From: Saccostrea echinata
Taxonomy: Eukaryota
Length of the DNA stretch: 64,000 bases
Direction: 5' to 3'
Assembly: GCF_033153115.1 (NCBI RefSeq)
Contig: NW_026889758.1
Span: 34,162,001-34,226,000, forward strand
This document shows positions 54,101-64,000 of the stretch, piece after piece (position 1 is the stretch's first letter; each line of letters begins with the position of its first letter). The translations under genes were made by a program, and so were the position numbers. The notes beneath the pieces were generated by a model. It had not been told where the DNA came from. It saw only the letters and a program-made list of their open reading frames with translations, and ran no database searches.

Positions 54101-57100
54101 ATTATTAGTTATGTCTTGTTCTACATTTTAAGATGTTGGATACTTGGACAACAACTCTTACAAGGTCCTACAACCGACTGCTTGGATCCCATTACTAGAT
54201 GCCAACGAAGTAAATGGATGTTTGCAGGTACATTGTAAACTATCCATACTGACTACACACACTCTCAGTATATAATTACCATGACTCTCCTCCAGTCATC
54301 GACGGTCTTTTCAGAAAACAAAACATTGCAACAAAGACTTCCATTTTAGGCTTTGAGTGAAAATTTTGGATACAATACTCCGTATTGAGACACGCTCCTA
54401 AAATACATAAGTTTGATATGCTATAATCACTCCATAGGTAAAACTGCTTCAGTGAATAAAAATAATGTGTTTAAAAAATACAATATGTAGCAGAACTTGA
54501 ACATTTATGGAAAATTGCAGTTGGCAGTAAAAGGTCACAAGACCGGAAGGGTGGGTACGCATCAATGTTGCTATGGTGGCACGTGGTATGTGATGCTGGA
54601 GGAGGAAGAAATGAGAAAAAAATTAGGTGCGTTCATGTACGTTTTGTTGCTTGCTTTCAGAATACAGGTGAAAATTCAAAGATAAATAGAGTCTATTCGA
54701 ATTGTTTTCTTAAAAAGTCCCGAAGAACTTGTATAGGCTTAGAAGTAGCAGATTACTCATTAAGATTTAATGTTTTTATGTATTTTTGATAACAGATATT
54801 GACACTGAAAAAGATTTCAAGATATGCCCCATAAATTACGGTGGCATGTTACTGTTCAACAACTTAGTGCCACATCGGAGGTAACAAGACTTTCTTTTGA
54901 TTTTAATGTAATTAAGTCATGATTCAAAATTATTGTTAAAGCTATTTGATTTCAATGTACCTGCCCTTTTCATTCTGTTAAAAATGTGTCTATTATTTGG
55001 TGTTTATGAGATGATAACCAATTTGAAATATACATTTCCAGGTTGGTTCATCCTTGTAAACATAATGAAAATACATGTATTTACATTCTTTAATTACAAA
55101 CCGATTAAATCTGGGGTAAGAACTTTGTAACAGCATGGAATATTGTGTAACTTTGGAATATTGTGTAACTTGTAATATTATACTTTCAAGTAAATTAGTT
55201 GAACCTGATTCGTCGAGAAACATTTTTTAAAAAACACTATTACCCGCTGAGTAATGAAGCCACGCCCTCCAGCGCAGCAGCAGTCGACATTGCTTTACGA
55301 TGGGTGATACTCAAAAAAATATTGACTGCGCAGAATTTATGCGGGCAAGGTTCACTGTAAAATGTATTTGTATAAACATTCAGTATAATATAATAAATAT
55401 TGCATGTAGTTGAGTGTAACATTGAAAATTTTCTCCCCTCGAAAACCATTGTCAACCTCGACTGCGCATCGGTTGACAATGGTTTTCTTGGGGTGAAAAT
55501 TTTCAATGTTACACTCAACAGGGATTTATCAGCCTATTTTGGGAAACGCCATTTTGGGGGAATTGGGAAAAAATTATCGGCTTTTTGATGAAATTGGGAA
55601 AAATTAAAAATGTTGCTTAAATCATGTATTCAGGCGTAATTCATTTAACATTTCAGCATGAACTCTAATTTGGGCAACCTAAAACAGACAATTAAATCAT
55701 GATCCAACTTCATACAAGATCATGCAATTATAAATAATAGACTAATAAAAGTAAAATTGACTTCAATGAGTATAAAGTGTTTATACAACTTAGGGTAGTA
55801 CAAGTGTGTATGAGATTCCAATTTAGGTCATTATAGAATCTGATTATAAACCTCCTGCAAAAAATTATAAGAAGAACACATTTTCTCAAAGTCCTCTTTT
55901 AATATGTATTATTATGCATTGAAAATATATTTTTCTATTTGAAATAATGCCTACAGTCCTTACCATTTACTCATAGATCAATTGAGTAGGTAGAAATAAC
56001 TTAATAAATCTATATAATAACACAATATCACCATTTTCAGAAAAATGGAGGAAATTCGGATTAAAAGTTGTCGATGTTTTTACAGTGTTTTTAAATGTGT
56101 GTTATGATTGTAGCTTTGCTAAACAAGTTAAATAGATGAAAATTACAGACATTCTGACAATTTTACTTAGTGTTTTCCAAGATAATTAAATATAAAAGCA
56201 TTGTTCACCAATTGGGAAAAAATACTGCCAAATTGGGGAAAAATGAACTCATTTTCAATTGGGAATGGGGCCGAATTTCGGCCCCTGAGAAGGTACTGAT
56301 AAATCCCTGCTCAACTACATGCAATATTTATATAATAAATAATTCTTATGTGAGCTTATTTGATTTTGTTTTGATATTGTGTAGCTATAGTGTCGTTTAG
56401 GAAGCGAGAAAGTGGCTAGAGGAGGAGGAAGAACTGAAAACTAATTGTTTAATTCAAGTTTCTGCGATGTATGTTTACCTATTTATTCCACGTTTTCACA
56501 TAGAAAAGACAATTATGTAATTGCATATTAGAGATGGGTATCGGCAAAATTTTCGTATCGTGATATATCACGATTTTCCCAAAAAAAAATATCACGATAA
56601 ATCGTGATTTTTTACACACAATTTTTACTACAATTTCAAATGAATTTCCGTAAAATTTCTTAAAAATATGCCCTTAAAAACATAACTTAACTTTTTGAAT
56701 TTTTATTTATTTAATTTAAAGCATGTTTGGATACCGTTGTTTAACTGTTTTTAACATTTTTTACACTTCCTATGTCATTCAATAGTTTGATTAAATAAAT
56801 GAATAATTTCCGGAATTTATAATTATGTACCAAATACTGGTATTTTAGTCTCCGTATCACGATACGTATCACGCAATAAAAAATTGCGATATACCGGTAT
56901 ACCGATAAAATCGCACATTCCTATTGCATATCTAAAAGGTTATTGTCATAGTGCACATAAACGGAAAAGGAACTTGCATTATCTTGTACTTCATTTTCAC
57001 GTATCACTCCTAATATTAAGGAAGCTCTATAAACACTGACATAAAATGTTTTTGGGACTTTGAGAAAATTTTTCATATAAAGATATACATATTGAATTTT

Positions 57101-60100
57101 TCTTTCATTTTCAACATAGGGTACCTGTCGTATTTCTGCAGAAAAAATGTTCAAAAACAGTGAAGTATTATTGAACTTAAATAACCTCTGTTTACTTAAA
57201 TTGGGAAAGTACTTGAAAATAATGTTTTCAATTACTTTATCTTGGTCTAATATAATATTAAGAATGCTTTAATCTATTTTAAATTGTGTCATTTAATGTA
57301 GAGTTCCATGTATTCCATTTTACATCAAAGAGCAGATCACTCTAACCGCATAAAACTGCCATAGAATTTGAACTCTTTAGTGAGCAGTGTTTAGAGCTTT
57401 CTTAACATTTTACAAGTTCTTCCCACCTTGTTGAAGCCACTTTGTCCACCTCCTAGGCACATTATTACTTGCTGCATTTTAACGCACACACAATTTTCTT
57501 TGTATTGCCATAACACTATTTTGGGTCGCCTTTTTCTTAAGCAACTTATACGATTTTATGAAGGGTTAGGAATAGGGTTAGGTATAATTCCAGGTTTTAT
57601 TGGTTATTATTGACAAAATAGTAGCAAATGCATATGTGTACTTTTGTAATGTTTTTTAAAGGTATAGCTGGGAATGTCAGGGACACGAACGACACGTGGA
57701 AATGTGGGGTAATTTATGCATAACGGGATTCGCCGCTATGCAAACTATCCCACGTTTCCAGCTTTTGTTAATGACCTGGCATACCCAACAAACTAGTCAG
57801 TGATTCCTTACATTAACATTTATACGTAAAATAAAAAATAAAATGTAAAATCAAAAATGTTGTCTTGTAGAATTGAAATATACAAAAATATTCGTGTTAA
57901 TTCCCATAGTCCCCGGCCATTGATGTCAAACGCAACGGCAGCCCGGGAAATTGACTTAAGGAATAACTGTCTTATTTTTTGGATTCGTGATGTGATCAAT
58001 CGAGAGGCTTGCGTGATAATTTGCATAAACGCCGAAGGCGTTTATGCATAAAATTATCACGCAAGCCAATCGATTGATCATCGTCATGAATCCAAAAAAT
58101 TTGACAGTTATTCCTTATATTTACATGCTCCTGATTCTGCAAATTCCCGTGCTAATAGCCCCGCTTCTGTCTTTATTTGTCTTTATTTGTCACGCCCCGC
58201 ACGTGATTTTTTTTTAACCGCGCCTATCGATGAACCAGTAGATTTATGTAGAAATAAAGTATTTTTACAATTTGTAATTTTATCTCGGACAAAGACATTG
58301 GAAATGTAAATATTTGCATATTAAGCACCTGACCTTTCATTTGACGAAATTTACATTCAGTTGTCAATGTCATATTGTAATTTTTGAATTTACCGGGTGG
58401 TAGTAAATACAAAAATTACAATATGACAACATTGTAATTTTTGTATTTACTACCACCCGGTAAATTAAAAAATTACAGTATGATATCAATATCGAGAAAT
58501 ATTTACATCCACTGAATATTATCTCCTTAATTTATTTCTCAAGAAAAACATTGCATATCACTGTGTAGATTTCTTGAGCAGTGGCTGTTCCATCAATTAA
58601 ACGTACAATGGCGTATAAATCAATAATATTCCATGTACTAAATTCTACTTTAAATGATTATTTGTACAGATCTATATAAATATAAACAATAAAATGTCTT
58701 TCTTTGTTTGTTAGTACTGGGATTAACGTTGCATCTATTGCAGAAAAAATACATATCCGCTTACGTGGGTTATGCATTTTTTCTACAACAGCTGCAACAT
58801 TATTTACCGTACTAACAAAGAAAGCATTTTATTGTTTAGAATTAACACACTTAATTTTTAAAGAGTTATCAAATAGAATAAAGTTTGGAAATTGTATCAC
58901 CTTTTGTATTTTTCATTAAATCAATAGAACTTACACATATTTCTATATAATATAAATCTCAATGATATTTTAATCTTTAAAAAATTAATTTGATGGTAAA
59001 ATTTCAAGAAAGAATGATTTTTTCAAGGATTACGAAATTATTGTTTAGGTTTTTTCATATTCTTTCTTCAAAGTTTATCTTCATGTATATATAAGGTAAT
59101 ATTCAATATTTTTTTCCTTCTTACAAGTTTACCAAATCTATCAAAGTCGATTCGTTGGAGTTTAGACCTTCGTTGGCAGAGACCAAGTGAACCTGTGGGT
59201 TTCTATGGACTGAAAGAGGGAATTCTAATGAGGTCTTCCAAAGATCCCAACATGAAGATTGACTGGGAGTCATTCGACGCCATTAACCGACATGATAAAC
59301 AAACGTCTGCAATGACTGGCAAGGTGAGGCATATGAACCCTACAATTACTTTAGGTTTGTCACCGACTGTCCACAGTTAACCAAGTAGGTGGAAATAAAA
59401 TTTTAACAAGATATAAATATTACACTTATTTCAAACCACATTTTTCAAATAAAAATATTACAATACACTGTATACATGCAGCACTAATTCTAGTTAATGG
59501 TTTTGTATGAGCTAAATGATGTCCACTGAATTATATGTCAGTAACTGTGCTTCGCCTTCCATGGACTTGAACAACCCGTAATATTTCTGAGGACAGTATC
59601 AAACCATATAAGTGTTTTGTTTTGTCGAGAACCAATAACAGTTAACAAACCTACCGAGATCGATTAAAATTGAATTATTTTATCGTCTGTGCAAATCTGT
59701 TAACTCATTACGTCACTAAAAATGGGCTCCGCTCTAAATTTAATCGCAGCAATGCCAAATCGGTAGGGACATTTAAGGACTGAATCATTATTTTTTGAAA
59801 GATATTTACATTTTTACTTCCTTGCCTTGACTCCAGATGTGATTTATATTTCAAAATCCCTGTATTTTCCTTCGGGTAAGTACAATTCATGGAAGAGCTA
59901 TTGCAACAGCTTTTGTTCAATGTGAGCGTGAATTTTGATTTTCGCTTATGACGTTGCACTTACATGGCTTTCAACGTTTGTCACGTCAAAATATAACGCA
60001 TACTTTAACCCTTAACCCCCTGTCCGTGTTATGGTGGGTAACTGGACGTGAATTGCATTCTTTAGTGGATTTACCCAGACTGAAGGCGTTGCGTTAGGCT

Positions 60101-60271
60101 GAAACGGAAGATAATATGAATAATTTTTACTCTTCACAGGAAGAAATTGATGAGTTTGATACAACCATTCAAGGGCCATGGATGAAGAAATGGGAAATTG
60201 TGCATGTGAATCGACATGTAGAAAGACACAGAGAAATGGAAGACCAGCCAGAAACTTGGACGAAGGCATAA
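51175..60271 (+). CDS. PhyH-family dioxygenase, paralog D (9 exons, 368 aa)
   Basis: Exons 51175-51306, 52806-52923, 53726-53826, 53916-54057, 54133-54227, 54521-54626, 54796-54880, 59128-59323, 60140-60271; 1107 nt. Motifs WHQDVGY and PHRSLPNLSKSIRWSLDLR. Confidence 0.9.
52358..52716. mobile_element. MITE with CAGG termini and 5-bp TSD (ACCAA)
   Basis: accaa|caggggcgtagcta ... taggtacgcgcctg|accaa. Confidence 0.7.
55385..56335. mobile_element. Palindromic MITE interrupted by a later insertion
   Basis: Left arm aatattgcatgtagttgagtgtaacattgaaaattt. The right arm is split into aaattttcaatgttacactcaa and ctcaactacatgcaatatt. Confidence 0.75.
55519..56309. mobile_element. 791-bp TIR element with a 5-bp TSD (CTCAA), hAT5-like
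   Basis: Perfect 14-bp TIR cagggatttatcag / ctgataaatccctg, TSD at 55514-55518 and 56310-56314, subterminal ttgggaaa repeats. Confidence 0.8.
56529..56923. mobile_element. hAT-type MITE with an 8-bp TSD
   Basis: TTGCATAT|tagagatggg ... cacattccta|TTGCATAT, with subterminal atcgtgat/atcacgat repeats. Confidence 0.8.
57957..58117. mobile_element. Palindromic MITE
   Basis: taaggaataactgtc ... gacagttattcctta. Confidence 0.75.
58368..58465. repeat. Double palindrome (inverted duplication of a hairpin)
   Basis: tgtaatttttgaatttaccgggtggtagtaaatacaaaaattaca followed by its near-exact reverse complement. Confidence 0.75.
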
Positions 60272-62304
60272 TTCTCAGCAACACCATGCCAGCTGCCTGG
60301 TGCATAGGTAGAGAGTCATCATTTTCATTTTGTTTTGTTCCAAACGTCCATTTTGTCTTCTACATATGCAAGCAAGGGTCTCTTCGCAGATTCCATTGTT
60401 TTAAATGGATAATTTTTGGCATGTGGATATCATACTATACCTTAAAACTAGACACGCAGAATTCATGATCTGAACACACAGCATGATAATCATAATAGAT
60501 ATCATATAAGGTGGTTTTTGTTCCATAAGATATCTATTCTAACAAATATCTATTAAAAAAAAAAGATTATTACATTTAGATTTATATGTCCAATTATGGA
60601 AGCTCATCTTCCTAGAGAACATCTTTTTTGTGTGAAAAACTACATTGTATATACCATATTAGTAATTAAATTTTTGTCTGGTTTATTTCGCATGACTAAA
60701 AAAAATCCACATGTGTCTATACTGGTATTGGTGTACTGGTATTGAATATACTGATGTAAAAATATTGAATATGCTGATATAAGAATACAATATATTGTGA
60801 TGTTTTTTTTCTTGTATGCAGATATGCAGCATATTATTAATCAGATTATGTAAAATAGTGTATTCCCTGTATATGATGCATTATATTCTGTTATACTATG
60901 TTATACATTCATTGGATTAAAGAAATATATAATATACAGATGTTTTAGAAGTTGCAAATACCCGGTAATATATTTACATGAATGCACTACTTTTATAAAG
61001 TCTTGGCTCTTCTTGGATTTTATACAATTTAAAAATATCATTTGAAAGAGTTTTTGAATGATTTTATTTCATGTAGAACATTATGTATTACAGACAGTGT
61101 AAATAAATCTTAATAGGCCTAGAGTACCGAGATCAGAAGGATGACAGATATATAGTCCACTTCTCAACAATAACAGCCTTAGTCTGTAGAATAAAAAAAA
61201 TCACAAGGTATACATCAGTAATTGTAATACATGTACTGTAAAATGGTTGATTTTAATTTACAGCAAACATACTGACATGGATGTGATAGATTGGAGCAAT
61301 TTTCAAATTTTTCATTAGAGATAAATTTCTAAATGTATTTTGTTCAGGAAAGTGAGTTAATATTGTTATTCATGTATAAATTATAGATGTACAATATTGC
61401 TCAAACTATGTAACTAAATTTTTGCAGATAAGCTTTTTGTGCCGTTTGTTTTCAAAAGCAGAATGTACATTAGATTTGAAGCAAAAAGATCAAATTGGAA
61501 ACCAAACATTCTTAAACTTCATGCGACCCCTAGAGATGCTATCACTTAAAATCATAGCTGTGTGCTAAAACTGATAGTCAGTTTGCAGGTCAAAAACAAT
61601 AACTTTATAAATATGTTCTATGTCATGTTAGAATATTTATGACATTTCATATTCAATTTACTTAATATAGCTTGAGTATTTCTGACGTTTTGTCAGTGCA
61701 TACTTGCCATTCGGAAATGCATCTTGTTTGTTATATAAAACATCCAGTATTGGATGACCTTCGTTTTATTTCGGTAATTTTGATTAAGTCCATCTGTACT
61801 TTCTCGTAAAAAATGAAGTTCGACACAAAGAAAATATTTATTCTTCACAGAGAACTTTTTTAAAACTTGACATCTTTGTTATAACAAAAGATGTGCAAGT
61901 TGAATAAGCTATAAATAATTTTTTGTGACGGGATTTTTTGTGGGAACCCCATGGCACGATGTCGCAATTTTTTCAGTTATGTTTATAACATAGCGAATTT
62001 TCTGTTTATTTTGTGGTGCAATTTATAAACAAAGGAAGATGAAGTTTATATGATTAAGTTTTCTCGAACTTTTGAATTAGGTCAGACGAGCAGAGGCCTG
62101 TCAGAGTAACAAGCATCTTGCACATTTGTAATAATTTTTGGTGGATGCTAACAAAGTTTCATATAATTTTGTCATTGGTCATCTACAAAACTACCTTGTT
62201 GACCATTCTGTATCTAAACACAAGTACTCTGAGGTTGATATTAAAAAGATGCTTGAGATTCCTCCTTTACCATATATACATGTTATGTAGTCTTTGGAGA
62301 CCAG

Positions 62305-62550
62305 ACTCCGGGGCCATAAAAATTAGACGAGCTCACTTTTGATCTCAATCTCACTTTTACAAAAGGAATGGAAAAGTGAGACTGAGATCAAAAGTGAGCT
62401 CGTCTAAGTTTTATGGCCCCGGAGCCAGACTCCGGGACATAAAACATGAGCTCAGTTTTAATCCCAATCTCACTTTTATCAAAGGAATTAATAGTGGAAA
62501 AGTGAGACAGAGAGCAAAAGTGAGCTCGTCTAAGTTTTGTGGCCCCGGAG
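62305..62550. mobile_element. Tandem pair of about 120-bp foldback MITEs at a CCAG site
   Basis: ccag[actccggggcc...ggccccggag]ccag[actccgggac...ggccccggag]ccag. Confidence 0.8.
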
Positions 62551-62953
62551 CCAGGTCTTCCAATGATCTGTTGGTATGTCCATGGATACTAATGTTCCTT
62601 TGTTAGCAGACATGTTTTTGTATTCTTATGAAGCACAATTTATTCAAAAACTACTGTCTACATGAACAGAAGTCTCTTGCTGTGGCCTTCAATCCGATAA
62701 TAAGATATATTGACGACGTTTTATCACTTAGAAGTATTCATTTTCAATTTTCATTCATGATTCATAAATTGGTATGTCCCATTGAACTGGAAATAAAAGA
62801 CACCACAGAGTATTATACAGGTTTTACATGGATGTTTTTCCAGAAAAGACATTGATGGCTATCTAACGGCTTAACTTTATGACAAACGTGATAGCTCAAT
62901 TTTTCTATTGCCAACTCCCTTTATTTGTGTAACAATATAACATAATACGTGTA

Positions 62954-63351
62954 ATAATAACAATACTTTTTTTAAAGAAGGTAACATGATCAGTGCACTA
63001 TTATTCCCCAGGGCCTTCTGTCAATAACCATACATATAAATGCATAAATATATACAGACAAGCAAATAAGAATTACAAATTATTTCGACATTAAATTACA
63101 TAATTTTTTACTCGTTTCTTGAAAGCATTTAGAGTTTGTGACATTTTATATGTACAGGTAAGTCATTCAATAAAATAGCACCAGAATATTGGAACGAATT
63201 TTCAAGAAGTTTACATTTATGAATTGGTACACACAAGTCGGAGTTGGATTCGGATCGAAGATTGCATTGATTATTACTTTGAAATTGAAACGTTATTTAA
63301 ATAATTTGAACAAGAATGAAAAAAGGATTTATATAACAAAACGTATTAATT
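62954..63351 (-). mobile_element. CR1/L2-like LINE 3' fragment with an 8-bp TSD
   Basis: The reverse strand encodes NLRSESNSDLCVP...NSFQYSGAILLNDLP, followed by a short (TTA)n tail. TACGTGTA occurs at 62946-62953 and 63352-63359. Confidence 0.65.
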
Positions 63352-64000
63352 TACGTGTATTTCATTCGATATGCAAGAGCATGTTCTACGTACAAACAAG
63401 TTCTAAACCGAGACAGGCTACTGACAAATAAGTTGATGATACAAAGGTACTAACAATCTCTTTTTACATGTCAACTTTTCAGAAATTCTATGGTCAATAT
63501 AATAACTTTGTTTTCAAATTCATTCTGTCTTCAGGTGGAATGTTGGCTGACATTTTTCATACAAATTATAGGACCATTACTTTTATTTGTAAATTGTAAA
63601 AGATTTCTCCGTTAATTCGATCATGACAAGGGACTTACGGAGGGTGTGACCGGTCGACAGGAGAGGCTTACTCCTCCGTGGCACCTGATTCTACCTCTGA
63701 TGTTTTCAGGGGTCCGTGTTTTTGTATTTTCTATAATTGGCACATTGAGCATGGTTACTATTCGTTATTTTCACATTTCATGTAGAGAGAAATTAAGATT
63801 TTATCAATGTTTATTCGCATGACGGACTTCTGAATTAATCTTCCCGATTTTCTCACTAAATCATGATGATGCGCTATACAGTCCATTTGTTTCATATACA
63901 TGTAGATCTCTGACACTTTAATAAAAACAATTGCTAGAGCATCATTATAAAGGCGTGAGGTTTTGACCGCTATTTCATTTCAACTCCATATAATGCAGTC

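Larger units (their letters stand above)
62190..63780 (+). mobile_element. Penelope-like retroelement remnant hosting nested insertions
   Basis: Decayed RT peptides KYSEVDIKK, VFGDQVF, KSLAVAFN...RYIDDVLS, ELEIKDTTE, LYDKRD and RYARACST, plus the conserved 3' tail. Confidence 0.8.

Noticed and set aside
33100-60271. Peroxisomal PTS1 signals on the PhyH paralogs
   Set aside because: The C-termini are SKS, EYM, EYM and TKA, none a canonical PTS1, so orthology to peroxisomal PHYH is not claimed.
289-63431. Most of the short 60-115 aa ORFs in the supplied track
   Set aside because: They are antisense or alternative frames of real exons, repeat-derived, low-complexity or gap-spanning, with no recognisable protein features.

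Overview
AT-rich, intron-containing animal genomic DNA with two N-gaps. The repeat content (about 165-bp satellite-like arrays inside Helentron/HINE-type elements, abundant Penelope-like remnants) suggests an oyster or other bivalve; this is an inference. Spliced genes were reconstructed by hand from GT-AG boundaries and frame continuity. (1) A 9-exon YIF1-family gene (- strand, 1854-12230, 306 aa). (2) An intronless B-box/coiled-coil/beta-propeller TRIM-like gene (-, 15562-17127) plus a decayed paralog. (3) Two intact 3-exon DUF1772 (anthrone-oxygenase-like) membrane protein genes (-, 157 aa each) plus two orphan exon-3 relics, all in a tandem segmental duplication. (4) Four intact, divergently transcribed 9-exon PhyH-family Fe(II)/2-oxoglutarate dioxygenase genes (+, 28093-60271), all keeping the HxD...H triad. 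The most notable feature is this head-to-head cluster of six oxygenase-type genes from two unrelated families, a candidate animal metabolic gene cluster (hypothesis only). Introns and intergenic DNA are full of nested HINEs, MITEs with readable TSDs and retroelement fragments. There is no CRISPR array, rRNA or intact tRNA.
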